Program-made: the position numbers and the translations under genes
The notes under the pieces: model-generated
Seen by the model: the letters and a program-made list of their open reading frames with translations, nothing else
Database searches by the model: none
What the model was told of the DNA's origin: nothing
From: Aliivibrio sp. 1S175
GTDB lineage: Bacteria; Pseudomonadota; Gammaproteobacteria; Enterobacterales; Vibrionaceae
NCBI RefSeq assembly: GCF_001690985.1
Contig: NZ_MAJS01000013.1
Coordinates: forward strand, 43,260 to 67,259
Direction of reading: 5' to 3'
Length of the DNA: 24,000 bases
Part shown: positions 1 through 8,766 of the stretch, one piece after another
How the letters are laid out: every line of letters begins with the position of its first letter
Numbering within the stretch: the first letter of the stretch is position 1

Positions 1-234
1 AGGCACCCATGCCACATCTGGCATGTAGTTTTTTGAACGAGAGGCTAATAGTAATTCGGCTTTCATTTCATCGATAGAGAACTTACGGATCATCAGTTGA
101 TTACCCGTTCTGGCTTCAAACTCTTCAGCCAATCTTTTATCCACGTTGTCCCCAAAGGCACTCCAAAATTCAAGCATTTTGGCTTCAGATGAGAACGAAA
201 CAAGAAAAGTAATTAATACGAGGAATTTACGCAT
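1..234 (-). CDS. Periplasmic (ABC-type, family-1-like) solute-binding protein, N-terminal fragment; the gene continues past the left edge of the window
   Basis: It is missing from the ORF track because it runs off the window. The reverse-strand ATG at 234-232 opens MRKFLVLITFLVSFSSEAKMLEFWSAFGDNVDKRLAEEFEARTGNQLMIRKFSIDEMKAELLLASRSKNYMPDVAWVP with no stop before position 1. It has an N-terminal signal-peptide-like segment, then a layout reminiscent of MalE-type binding proteins. There is no obvious Shine-Dalgarno, so the start is uncertain. Confidence 0.5.
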   Translation of the reverse strand, partial: MRKFLVLITFLVSFSSEAKMLEFWSAFGDNVDKRLAEEFEARTGNQLMIRKFSIDEMKAELLLASRSKNYMPDVAWVP

Positions 235-369
235 GACAGTTAAATAATATCTATTTGAAATGAAAAGAGAGACACAAGCTTCCTATTTATGTCACGAACT
301 GATAATTATATCAGAAAAAAAAGCAATAAACGTTGGCTACCCATAAATGGTCATACCACTAATATCTGG

Positions 370-969
370 TTATACATGTATTTTTGCATACGTCATAACG
401 AGATCCGCAACCGTCTCGGCATTCAGTTTCTTCATTAAACTAGAACGATGTACTTCTACCGTACGAACCGCAACAAATAACTCTGCTGCAATCTGTTGGT
501 TTCGTTTTCCTGCTACAATTAAATGCAAAATCTCAGATTCTCTTTCGGTCAATGAATCCAGCACTTTTTTACAGTTGTGTTTATCATAAAGACTTAAAGA
601 GGCCGTCATTGCTTTATGAATAGCTAACGCTAATTGCTCGCCATCGACGGGTTTTTGAAAGAAATCCACCGCCCCTAACTTTAGAGCATCCACCGCCATT
701 GGTACGTCACCGTGTCCGGTTAAAAATATAACAGATAATGGACTTTGCTGTTGGTTAAGTACTGCATGCACTTCTTGGCCGCGAAGAATAGGCATACGAC
801 TATCAAGCACCACACAACCCGGCTTCATTATATCCACATTATCAATAAAACCTTGTCCATCGTTAAAAGAAACAACTGTAAAATCATATCCTTCTAACAT
901 GAAAGTTAATGAATCACGTACAGACTCATCGTCATCGACAACATACACTGGTACTACTAATTCAGACAT
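370..969 (-). CDS. ttrR: Two-component response regulator, receiver domain plus LuxR/FixJ-type HTH (TtrR-like tetrathionate response regulator)
   Basis: 199 aa. The receiver domain carries acidic residues (VYVVDDDES..., VVLDSRMP). The C-terminal HTH reads LTERESEILHLIVAGKRNQQIAAELFVAVRTVEVHRSSLMKKL. It starts 15 nt after the stop of the upstream sensor kinase, and the pair is divergent from ttrBCA, as in the Salmonella ttrRS/ttrBCA arrangement. Confidence 0.85.
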   Translation of the reverse strand: MSELVVPVYVVDDDESVRDSLTFMLEGYDFTVVSFNDGQGFIDNVDIMKPGCVVLDSRMPILRGQEVHAVLNQQQSPLSVIFLTGHGDVPMAVDALKLGAVDFFQKPVDGEQLALAIHKAMTASLSLYDKHNCKKVLDSLTERESEILHLIVAGKRNQQIAAELFVAVRTVEVHRSSLMKKLNAETVADLVMTYAKIHV

Positions 970-984
970 TATCTTCCCATTTTT

Positions 985-2805
985 TTATTTAATAACGAGT
1001 GTACTTAATCGTGGCAATATTACTGTGACACAGCACCCTTGTGGTGATGCGGGTTCCAATAAAAATTGCCCTTGATGCGCTTCAATCACATCACGACAAA
1101 TCGCAAGTCCTAATCCTAATCCATTTTCTTTCGTGGTAAAGAATGCTTTAGATAACTGTTCGCTATCGTCCTCAAACCCTATTCCATTATCTTGTATTGT
1201 GATCTCGATATTAGAATCATCACATTCTGTTCCAATATGAATATGATGGATAACACTGCCTTCTTGTTCTTCGCGTTGCATACAAGCATCAGCGGCATTA
1301 TTAAGTACATTAAGCAGCACCTGTTGTATGCCGACGGCATCTCCCCACAAAAGACATGGTTCAATCGCATTATCTCGCGTGAGATGAATTTGTTTCTTTT
1401 GAAAGTCGTACTCTAATAACGCTAAGGTATCGCTAATGATGCCATTAATATCACATTCTGCTTTGGCCATTTGGCGCTTATTAATCAGTTTACGTAACCG
1501 CTGCACAATGCTATCAGCGCGAATGACTTGCTGCTCTATTTTCTCTAAAACGGGAATTAATTCTTGCGCTGGCAGTCCTTTTTTAAGGCGTAACAATCCC
1601 CCTTGGCTATAATTACGGATTGCAGCTAATGGCTGATTAATTTCATGCGCCAAGCTACTTCCTAGCTCTCCAACAATACTCACTCGTTGAGCGTGTTCTA
1701 GCATCGAATTTTTCTCTTTTAAGCTATGAAGTGTATTTTCTAGCTCGCGTTTACTGCGGCTGAATCGATATTCCAACAGAAAATGATAACCATTAAGTGA
1801 AATAACTAGAATAAATAGCATCCATCCCCATTGTTGATTCTGCTTTAGCCACGATACGGCTTCTTGCCACCACGGCTTTTGCAATGGATGCATATCCAAG
1901 CCTTGATACAATTTATCAACTGAGAGCTGACTAATGGGTGATGTCCAACCCAACGAATTAGCAGCAAGCGCAGCAGACTCATGACTGGATAATGATAACA
2001 ACGCTCTCGTGATCGGTTTGGCTAATCGTTCATTTCCTTTCCCTGTTTTAGCAAATGACCAGTTTGGGTAGAGCGGCGTTGAGGTGGCGCAAGAAAAATC
2101 GTCTGGTGCGATATTATTGATCACTCGATAATTAGAGACATCTATCAATCCCTCTTTGTTCATTCTCTCAATTAAACACACGGGTACAATCGCCCCCTCA
2201 ATATGTTTATCACGTAATTGATAAATTAAGGCATCTAACGGAAACCCTAAAAATTGCGTATCTGAAAAGTACGCTGATTGACTTAATCCGAGTTTATTAA
2301 TCTCAAATCGTAGCGTCAGATAACCTCCAAAAGCATTTTCATCCACCGCAGTTAAGGAGTGTCCACTTAATGATTCAATAGTCATAAATGATGAATCGCT
2401 ACGAACCACTAATGCCGAGCCAATTGCGTGAGTTGTTCCATTTTTACGAGTAGTGTTCGCACTGCTTAATGTCGCAAGCCAAGAGAGTGGGTATTGTCTG
2501 CCCAATCGTACGGCCTGACCGGGATTAGTGATAACAAAATCAACGGTTTGATTCTCGACCGCTTGTTCCATTTGTTGAAGCGTAAAAGGATGCAAAACAA
2601 AATGAGTATTCGGAACGCGTTCACTCAACCAATTCATCGTCGGTTGCCAACGATTTTGAGCTTCAGCCCCACCACGGGTAGCCAATACACCGACATCAAC
2701 GGCTTGCGCTTGAGCAAAGACCGCATGAGATAACAACAAACACACGCACCCTACCCACAGCGATAGACTGATTTTACGACCCGGTACTTGCCATCCATTG
2801 ATCAT
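985..2805 (-). CDS. ttrS: Sensor histidine kinase with a periplasmic solute-binding-like (PhnD-type) sensing domain (TtrS-like tetrathionate sensor)
   Basis: After the signal/TM segment (SLSLWVGCVCLLLSHAVFAQA) comes a long periplasmic domain, then a second TM (WGWMLFILVISLNGYHFLL). Kinase motifs are present: H-box SLAHEINQPLAAI, N-box LLNVLNNAADA, G-boxes DNGIGF and GLGLGLAI. The ORF track starts it at a TTG at 2865. I prefer the ATG at 2805 (MINGWQVPGRK...), which leaves a normal-length N-region before the TM. The start is uncertain by 60 nt. Confidence 0.85.
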   Translation of the reverse strand: MINGWQVPGRKISLSLWVGCVCLLLSHAVFAQAQAVDVGVLATRGGAEAQNRWQPTMNWLSERVPNTHFVLHPFTLQQMEQAVENQTVDFVITNPGQAVRLGRQYPLSWLATLSSANTTRKNGTTHAIGSALVVRSDSSFMTIESLSGHSLTAVDENAFGGYLTLRFEINKLGLSQSAYFSDTQFLGFPLDALIYQLRDKHIEGAIVPVCLIERMNKEGLIDVSNYRVINNIAPDDFSCATSTPLYPNWSFAKTGKGNERLAKPITRALLSLSSHESAALAANSLGWTSPISQLSVDKLYQGLDMHPLQKPWWQEAVSWLKQNQQWGWMLFILVISLNGYHFLLEYRFSRSKRELENTLHSLKEKNSMLEHAQRVSIVGELGSSLAHEINQPLAAIRNYSQGGLLRLKKGLPAQELIPVLEKIEQQVIRADSIVQRLRKLINKRQMAKAECDINGIISDTLALLEYDFQKKQIHLTRDNAIEPCLLWGDAVGIQQVLLNVLNNAADACMQREEQEGSVIHHIHIGTECDDSNIEITIQDNGIGFEDDSEQLSKAFFTTKENGLGLGLAICRDVIEAHQGQFLLEPASPQGCCVTVILPRLSTLVIK

Positions 2806-2874
2806 TATCTTTTCGCTCTTATTTGAAATACTTGCCAAGAATAACAACTTCTGTTTATTTCCCAACTCTTTTTC

Positions 2875-2888
2875 TTGTTTTAGATCAA
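2875..2888. promoter_or_regulatory. FNR/CRP-family-like box TTGTT-TTAG-ATCAA in the ttrS/ttrB divergent control region
   Basis: It matches the FNR consensus TTGAT-N4-ATCAA at 9 of 10 specified positions. It lies between the divergent ttrS and ttrB genes, 14 nt upstream of the 18-nt box at 2902. Anaerobic (Fnr-dependent) control of ttr is known in Salmonella. This is a single-site match judged by eye only. Confidence 0.35.
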
Positions 2889-2901
2889 CTCTCCTTACGC
2901 T

Positions 2902-2919
2902 ATGTGGAAAACCACAATA
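2902..2919. promoter_or_regulatory. 18-nt box ATGTGGAAAACCACAATA (inverted repeat TGTGG-N4-CCACA), candidate TtrR operator upstream of ttrB
   Basis: It is identical letter for letter to 8043-8060 and ends 76 nt before the ttrB ATG. A TAATAA(T) -10-like element starts at 2940. The function is inferred, not demonstrated. Confidence 0.5.
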
Positions 2920-2995
2920 GGCGACACTGACTTAATTCTTAATAATCCGTTCATATTATGCAATGCACTCTAACTCCTAACCAAAAAGGTGTTTT

Positions 2996-3772
2996 ATGGA
3001 CAATACCAAACGTCGATTTCTCAGTCGTCTTGGCAGCCTTACCGCTGGCGCTGCGATTATTCCTGTCGCTGGCGCAGGCACATTATCAGCCAATACCATT
3101 ATCCGTAATAATAACCAACCAGACCGCAAAGGCATGGTGGGTAAGCGTTACGCAATGGTTGTTGATTTACGAAAATGTGTTGGCTGCCAAGCCTGTACCG
3201 TAGGTTGTTCCATCGAAAACCAAGCACCTATTGGGCAGTTTAGAACAACCGTAAAACAATACGAAGTCACGCTAGATAATGGCGATACTGAAGTTCAAAA
3301 CGTCAAATCATTCATGTTACCGCGTTTGTGTAACCACTGTGAAAATCCCCCTTGCGTTAAGGTGTGTCCAGTTCAAGCGACCTTCCAACGTGAAGATGGC
3401 ATTGTCATGGTGGATAACGAACGCTGCGTAGCCTGTGCTTATTGTGTTCAAGCTTGTCCTTACGATGCCCGTTTCATTAATGAAGAGACCTTAACCGCTG
3501 ACAAATGCACCTTCTGTGCTCATCGCTTAGAAAAAGGTTTATTGCCCGCTTGTGTCGAAACCTGTGTAGGTGGCGCGCGTGTGATTGGTGATTTGAATGA
3601 TCCAAGCAGTGAAATTGTACGCTTAATGGCAGAAAACCAAGCGGACATAAAAGTACTAAAACCGGAAGAAGAAACACAACCCCATGTGTTTTATATCGGC
3701 ATGGACGAGCGCTTTACGTCTCACATTGAAGGCAAAGCCGCGATTTATGATCCAAAAGGAGAAAACGCATGA
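2996..3772 (+). CDS. ttrB: Tetrathionate reductase subunit B, four-cluster 4Fe-4S ferredoxin-type electron-transfer subunit
   Basis: 258 aa. It has a Tat-type signal (TKRRFLSRLGSLTAGAAI). The Cys-cluster motifs are CVGCQACTVGC, CNHCENPPCVKVCP, CVACAYCVQACP and CTFCAHR...CVETC. An SD (AAAAAGG) precedes the ATG. The stop overlaps the ttrC start (ATGA at 3769-3772). Confidence 0.9.
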   Translation: MDNTKRRFLSRLGSLTAGAAIIPVAGAGTLSANTIIRNNNQPDRKGMVGKRYAMVVDLRKCVGCQACTVGCSIENQAPIGQFRTTVKQYEVTLDNGDTEVQNVKSFMLPRLCNHCENPPCVKVCPVQATFQREDGIVMVDNERCVACAYCVQACPYDARFINEETLTADKCTFCAHRLEKGLLPACVETCVGGARVIGDLNDPSSEIVRLMAENQADIKVLKPEEETQPHVFYIGMDERFTSHIEGKAAIYDPKGENA

Positions 3773-4839
3773 ACATCACTGAAGTTTTGATTCAACCACA
3801 AGCAACCGCGTGGCTTCCGTGGGCCGTGCAGTACTTCTTATACATAGGTTCTGCTTACGCTGCTGCTATTTTGTTTTTTCTGAGCTTGGTATTTCAACAA
3901 TTCACAAGCCATAAAATGCGCTCGGCATTGGTATTAACCCTTGCGATTGGCGCGATTGTTGGTCCGTTAGCGTTAACCGGTGATTTGCATCAACCAGGTC
4001 GCGCTTGGCATTTCTTTTTCCATCTTACGCCTTGGTCTTGGATGTCTCTTGGATCGTTATTCTTGCCTCTTTTCTCAGGGCTAGCGGTACTCACAGCATG
4101 GCTATATTTACGTGATGATATTGCCCAATTGAAAAACAGCACCAATTCAATCGCAAAATTAGTGGGCTTACTAACACTAGGTGATTGGAAAATAAGTACC
4201 GTACAAATGAAAATCGTCGCAGCGATCACGGTTTTATCTGGGTTAAGCATCGCGCTTTATACAGGCGCTGAGATTGCGATTGTAGAAAGCCGTCCATTAT
4301 GGAATCAAGCCGCTTCTCCTCTGCTTTGGTTTATCACTGCGTTCTTAGGTGCAATTGGTTTCTCGTCAATTTTATTATGGCTATTCCCTTCTGAGAACAA
4401 CAAAATAATGAAAAGTGGGGACTTATCTCTTATCAAACGCGTAATGACATTAAGCTCACTGCTCGCATTTATTCTCATGCCGCTTTGGGCTTCAAATAAT
4501 CCGTACTTTTCATTGTACGAAAATAGCGATTGGATCACTCGATTAAGCATTGTCAGCATAAGCTTTGTCCTTTGTTTTATTGTGGCTCAAAACATCAAAA
4601 AACTGCATCGACTGAGTTTCGCGGTGATTGCATTAACGACCTTGTGTGCGAGCTTTTATTTACGTTGGGTCACCATGATGGATGTGCAAACCATACCAAA
4701 ATTTGATGTGGGTGCTTACCCATACGAACTGCCACTGGGCGGCTCTGGGCTACTGGGCATTATTGGTATGTTTGGCTTATGGATGGCATTAGCGCTTGCG
4801 GCATCTGAACTCATCAACACAACAAAATCAACCAAGTAA
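3769..4839 (+). CDS. ttrC: Tetrathionate reductase subunit C, NrfD/PsrC-type integral-membrane quinol-oxidising anchor
   Basis: 356 aa, highly hydrophobic and polytopic. It is sandwiched between the FeS subunit and the molybdopterin subunit and translationally coupled to ttrB. Its size and position match Salmonella TtrC. Confidence 0.85.
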   Translation: MNITEVLIQPQATAWLPWAVQYFLYIGSAYAAAILFFLSLVFQQFTSHKMRSALVLTLAIGAIVGPLALTGDLHQPGRAWHFFFHLTPWSWMSLGSLFLPLFSGLAVLTAWLYLRDDIAQLKNSTNSIAKLVGLLTLGDWKISTVQMKIVAAITVLSGLSIALYTGAEIAIVESRPLWNQAASPLLWFITAFLGAIGFSSILLWLFPSENNKIMKSGDLSLIKRVMTLSSLLAFILMPLWASNNPYFSLYENSDWITRLSIVSISFVLCFIVAQNIKKLHRLSFAVIALTTLCASFYLRWVTMMDVQTIPKFDVGAYPYELPLGGSGLLGIIGMFGLWMALALAASELINTTKSTK

Positions 4840-4849
4840 GGAATTGAAC

Positions 4850-7800
4850 ATGGATAACAAACGTCGTCAGTTTTTAAAATCAGGCCTTGCTGTTGGTGGT
4901 GTTGGTGCTTTTGCAGCAGGCTATGCAACAACAGCGAAACACATGGCTCATGGGGTGATTGAAGGCACCGCAGGTAAGAAAACCAACCACATTCATCATG
5001 GTAATTCATTAGAACCAGAATACACGGTGACAGAAGAAGGGAAATTTATCCCGAATCCAAAGCAACGTGTTGCCCCTTCAATGTGTTTTGGTTGTTGGAC
5101 ATTATGTGGCCTACGCGTTCGTATTGATAATGACAGCGATAAGATCTTACGTATCTCTGGCAATCCGTATCATCCGTTATCACACGAGCAGCAAATCCCA
5201 TTCAATACATCGGTAAAAGACGCGTACATTGGCTTAGCCGGAGAAACGGGCATTGCAGGTCGTTCAACGGCGTGTGCCCGTGGTAATGGCATGATGGAAA
5301 TTCGCAACAGTCCGTATCGTATTACTCAACCATTAAAACGTGTCGGTAAACGTGGCGAAGGAAAATGGGTACCCATCAGCTATGAACAATTACTTGAAGA
5401 AGTGATTGAAGGGGGCGATTTATTTGGTGAAGGTCATGTCGAAGGGTTACGTGCCATTCGCGATCTAAAAACCCCCGTAGATCCTAATAACCCAGAATAC
5501 GGCCCAAAGGCCAATCAACTGTTAGTGACCAACGCAGGTAACGAAGGTCGTGATGATATTTTAAAACGCTTTGCTTTTAACAGTTATGGCACACGTAACT
5601 TTGGTCATCATGGTGCATATTGTGGTTATGCTTTCCGCGCAGGCTCTGGCGCATTAATGAATGATCTCGACAAGTTCGCTCACGTAAAACCGGATTTAGA
5701 ACACACCGAATTTGCAATCTTTATTGGTATGTCACCAGCCCAAGCCGGTAATCCATTTAAACGTCAGGCTCGTCAATTGGCCGCTGCTCGTATTCGTGGT
5801 AATTTTGAATACACGATTATCACACCAAGCTTACCGGCTGGTTCATCAAGCCTAGCGGCGGGCGATAACAACCGTTGGATGCCAATTAACTCTGGCACGG
5901 ATTCCGCTTTAATACTCGGTATGATCCAATGGATCATCACTAACGAGCGTTACAATCACACCTTCTTAGCGCAACCAAGTGTAAATGCAATGAAAAGTGC
6001 AGGCACTGCTCATTGGTGTAATGCTACTCACCTTGTTATTAGCGATGAATCTCACCCTAGAAATGGCGCGTTCTTACGTGCGTCTGAAATGGGATTAGCG
6101 TATGAAGGCGAAGCGCTGTCTGACAGTGATCCTTATGTGATTATTGATGCAGAAACGAAGCAGTTAGCCATCAATACACAGAACCAACCAGCGATGTTAT
6201 TTGTAAGCCAACAAATAGAAACCATCACTGGCACCGTCACCGTTAAGTCATCATTACAACGCTTAAAAGAAGAAGCGTTTAAATATGACTTGGCGTTCTA
6301 CAGTGAGCAATGCGGGATCTCAGAAGATGAGATCATTGCATTAGCCACTAAATTTACCAGTCATGGAACTAAAGCTGTCGTCGATACCCACGGCGGTAAC
6401 ATGCACAGTAATGGTTTTTATAACGCTTACACCATTTTGATGTTGAATGCCCTTATCGGTAACATCAACTTAAAGGGCGGAACAATGGCAAAAGCAGGCG
6501 GTTATCCTACGTCGGCGGAAGGCCCACGTTATAACTTTGCGACATTCTCAGGCAAAGTGAAACCACAAGGTGTTTTCTTATCTCGCAGTAAATTCCCATA
6601 CCAGAAAACCAGTGAATACAAACGTAAAATGGCGGCAGGTCAATCGCCTTACCCAACTCGCTCACCTTGGTACCCTATTTCTTCGCCATTACTAACTGAA
6701 CATTTATCGGCGGCGATTGATGGTTATCCATACCGTGCAAAAGTGTGGATAAACCACATGGCAAACCCGCTTTATGGCGTTCCTGGGTTAGATAATTTAT
6801 TAAGCGATAAAATCAAAGATCCAAAACAATTAGGATTGATTGTCTCTGTTGATGCGTTCATTAACGAAACCACCGCTCTATCTGATTATTTAGTACCCGA
6901 CACCGTGACTTATGAAAGCTGGGGAATGGCGACACCTTGGCATGGCGTACCAACAAAAGCCGTCACAGCTCGTTGGCCTATTGTTGAACCATTAACCGAA
7001 AAAACGACTGATGGTCGCACTATCAATCTTGAAAACTTCGTTATTGATATTGCCAAACAGATGGATCTTGGTGGCTTTGGGGATAACGCGATTTCAGATG
7101 CAAACGGCAACTGGCATGCCATTCATTGTGCGGAAGATTTCTATTTACGCTCAGCCGCTAACCTTGCTTATGTGGCTAATGGCGTACCAACCGCCACCGC
7201 AGAAGACATAGTGTTGTCAGGGTTAGAACGATTACTACCAGACATGCAACGAGTTTTATCGCCAGAAGAATTAGGCAAAGTAGCCTATATTTTCGCTCGT
7301 GGTGGGCGTTTTGAAGATGCCACAGAAGCGTACAAAAACGATGAAATGAAATACAAATGGAAAAAACCATTAGCGATTTGGAATGAGACACTCGGCACCT
7401 CTCGCAACACCATGACAGGTGAGCAATACAGTGGTTGCCCTACGTGGTATCCACAAAAGCTCGCTGATGGCACACCGTTAAGTGATAAATACCCAAAATC
7501 AGAATGGCCATTTACGTTAACTAACTTTAAATCGAACATTCACAGCGCGGTGTCTAACTTATCTCCTCGCTTGAATTCAATTAAAGGCGTAAACCCTGTT
7601 TATATTCATCCGACAGACGCAAAAAAACTCGGCGTTAAAACCGGTGATGTATTCACAATAACAACGCCAAGCAGCTCAACCAAAGCGTTGGCGATGTTAG
7701 TTGATGGTATTCAACGTGGCACATTAGGCTTTGAACATGGCTTTGGTCATACAGAGCTAGGTGAACGCGCCCATTGGATTGGCGATACTCAGCAACCCGT

Positions 7801-7954
7801 GAAAATGAAATCAAACGATGGCGTAAATATTAATGACATTGGCTTGATAGACCCTACTCGTGAAGGCAAAGGCGTTTTGCTTGATTGGGTGGTTGGCGCA
7901 GCAGCAAGACAAGCACTCCCTGCTAAAATCAGTTTAAGCGAGCAATTCGCCTAA
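4850..7954 (+). CDS. ttrA: Tetrathionate reductase subunit A, Tat-exported molybdopterin (bis-MGD) oxidoreductase catalytic subunit
   Basis: The Tat signal MDNKRRQFLKSGLAVGGVGAFAAG begins at the ATG at 4850, which is preceded by an AAGGAA SD. The track's earlier ATG at 4796 lies inside ttrC. An N-terminal FeS motif CFGCWTLCG is present. At about 1030 aa it is typical of the DMSO-reductase-family TtrA. Confidence 0.9.
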   Translation: MDNKRRQFLKSGLAVGGVGAFAAGYATTAKHMAHGVIEGTAGKKTNHIHHGNSLEPEYTVTEEGKFIPNPKQRVAPSMCFGCWTLCGLRVRIDNDSDKILRISGNPYHPLSHEQQIPFNTSVKDAYIGLAGETGIAGRSTACARGNGMMEIRNSPYRITQPLKRVGKRGEGKWVPISYEQLLEEVIEGGDLFGEGHVEGLRAIRDLKTPVDPNNPEYGPKANQLLVTNAGNEGRDDILKRFAFNSYGTRNFGHHGAYCGYAFRAGSGALMNDLDKFAHVKPDLEHTEFAIFIGMSPAQAGNPFKRQARQLAAARIRGNFEYTIITPSLPAGSSSLAAGDNNRWMPINSGTDSALILGMIQWIITNERYNHTFLAQPSVNAMKSAGTAHWCNATHLVISDESHPRNGAFLRASEMGLAYEGEALSDSDPYVIIDAETKQLAINTQNQPAMLFVSQQIETITGTVTVKSSLQRLKEEAFKYDLAFYSEQCGISEDEIIALATKFTSHGTKAVVDTHGGNMHSNGFYNAYTILMLNALIGNINLKGGTMAKAGGYPTSAEGPRYNFATFSGKVKPQGVFLSRSKFPYQKTSEYKRKMAAGQSPYPTRSPWYPISSPLLTEHLSAAIDGYPYRAKVWINHMANPLYGVPGLDNLLSDKIKDPKQLGLIVSVDAFINETTALSDYLVPDTVTYESWGMATPWHGVPTKAVTARWPIVEPLTEKTTDGRTINLENFVIDIAKQMDLGGFGDNAISDANGNWHAIHCAEDFYLRSAANLAYVANGVPTATAEDIVLSGLERLLPDMQRVLSPEELGKVAYIFARGGRFEDATEAYKNDEMKYKWKKPLAIWNETLGTSRNTMTGEQYSGCPTWYPQKLADGTPLSDKYPKSEWPFTLTNFKSNIHSAVSNLSPRLNSIKGVNPVYIHPTDAKKLGVKTGDVFTITTPSSSTKALAMLVDGIQRGTLGFEHGFGHTELGERAHWIGDTQQPVKMKSNDGVNINDIGLIDPTREGKGVLLDWVVGAAARQALPAKISLSEQFA

Positions 7955-7960
7955 ATTGAG

Positions 7961-7989
7961 ATGACTGGTGTGCTCTGCGCACCAGTCAT
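7961..7989 (+). terminator. Hairpin after ttrA, a possible weak or partial intrinsic terminator
   Basis: ATGACTGGTGTGC (7961-7973) pairs with GCGCACCAGTCAT (7977-7989) around a 3-nt loop. That gives 13 bp including one G-U pair. The sequence that follows, TCTTCC, is only a poor U-tract. Confidence 0.5.
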
Positions 7990-8042
7990 TCTTCCATCCT
8001 ATGAAAACAATAAGTCCTTTCATATCACACGCTGCATAATAA

Positions 8043-8060
8043 ATGTGGAAAACCACAATA
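8043..8060. promoter_or_regulatory. Second copy of the 18-nt box ATGTGGAAAACCACAATA, upstream of the tsdB-like gene
   Basis: It is identical to 2902-2919 although the flanking sequence is unrelated. It ends 74 nt before the ATG at 8135. An extended -10-like element, TGATAATAA, lies at 8081-8089. Confidence 0.5.
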
Positions 8061-8134
8061 CCCAAGACTATAAATAATATTGATAATAAAAAGAAAATAT
8101 CCCTAAAAAATAAAGTGATTTTTGTGGAGCAAAT

Positions 8135-8755
8135 ATGTCATTAACCAGAATAGTTCAAGGCAGCATGGGGTTAGGGGTTTTGCTTCTATCCATCAGCTCA
8201 GCCTTTGCAGCACCAATACCACCCGCAGCAACCGTATGTACCAGTTGCCATATGCCCACCGGCATGGGCTTACCCAACATGGCCCCTATGATTGCAGGGA
8301 AAAACGCGGAATACCTTACTCGTCAAATCGATTTATTCATTGCAGGCGAGCGTAGCGACCCTCTGATGACACCAATGGCTAGCCTCATTTCTGATCCAAA
8401 AAAGAAAGCCGAAGCCATTAATTACTTCGCTTCTTTGTCTGCTCCTGAAATTAAAAATCCAGAACACCGCGGCGACCATGCCATTATCGAAGACCCTGCT
8501 CGTAAGCTCGTTTACCAAGGCGATTGGAATCGTAATATTCCAGCCTGCTCTACTTGTCACGGTGCCAGTGGCATTGGGGTACAAGATTTTCCTCGCTTAG
8601 CAAATCAACATCCTGATTATCTGGAAGAACAATTAAAAGCATGGAAAAACAAAACTCGCTCAGGTGATCACAATGACGTGATGGGCAGTATCGCACGACA
8701 ACTCACAGATACTGAGATCTCGCAATTATCTCAATACTTTGCCAACGTGAAATAA
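8135..8755 (+). CDS. tsdB: Periplasmic diheme cytochrome c, c4-like (TsdB-like electron partner)
   Basis: 206 aa with signal peptide ...LLLSISSAFA/AP. There are two heme-binding motifs, CTSCH (nt 8237-8251) and CSTCH (nt 8546-8560), each in a c553/c4-like half-domain (P.LAG/ANQ...YL..QL). It lies immediately upstream of the TsdA-like gene, which is the arrangement described for tsdB-tsdA. Confidence 0.7.
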   Translation: MSLTRIVQGSMGLGVLLLSISSAFAAPIPPAATVCTSCHMPTGMGLPNMAPMIAGKNAEYLTRQIDLFIAGERSDPLMTPMASLISDPKKKAEAINYFASLSAPEIKNPEHRGDHAIIEDPARKLVYQGDWNRNIPACSTCHGASGIGVQDFPRLANQHPDYLEEQLKAWKNKTRSGDHNDVMGSIARQLTDTEISQLSQYFANVK

Positions 8756-8766
8756 GGATGATGACA

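Noticed and set aside
299-314. The palindrome CTGATA-ATTA-TATCAG followed by an A8 run, between ttrR and the solute-binding-protein gene
   Set aside because: On the minus (coding) strand the T-run precedes the hairpin rather than following it, so it is not an intrinsic terminator for ttrR. The stem is short and AT-rich. It could be a protein-binding site, but nothing else supports that.
347-589. An 80-aa + strand ORF, along with many other 60-100 aa ORFs in the track (1179-1370, 1192-1416, 2494-2733, 2958-3203, 3477-3677, 3990-4250, 4305-4559, 4716-5009, 6910-7122, 7011-7211, 7176-7391, 7285-7539, 8333-8584, 11879-12070, 13090-13323, 14775-14993, 15891-16103, 16266-16553, 18820-19086, 19982-20206, 20269-20634, 21332-21616)
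   Set aside because: Every one lies antisense to, or out of frame within, a long ORF that has clear family motifs. Their translations are low-complexity or unrecognisable and they lack ribosome-binding sites. I treat them as shadow ORFs.
2806-2865. The TTG-initiated 20-codon N-terminal extension of ttrS used by the ORF track
   Set aside because: The internal ATG at 2805 gives a conventional short N-region before the first TM helix. Neither start has a strong SD, so this is a preference and not a certainty.
4796-4849. The upstream ATG that extends ttrA by 18 codons (MRHLNSSTQQNQPSKELN)
   Set aside because: It lies inside the 3' end of ttrC. The Tat signal (MDNKRRQFLK) begins at the ATG at 4850, which has a proper AAGGAA SD just after the ttrC stop.
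8122-8355. A 77-aa ORF overlapping the start of the tsdB-like gene in another frame
   Set aside because: The overlapping frame starting at 8135 encodes a signal peptide and two CXXCH heme motifs and has a GGAG SD. The 8122 frame has no recognisable features.
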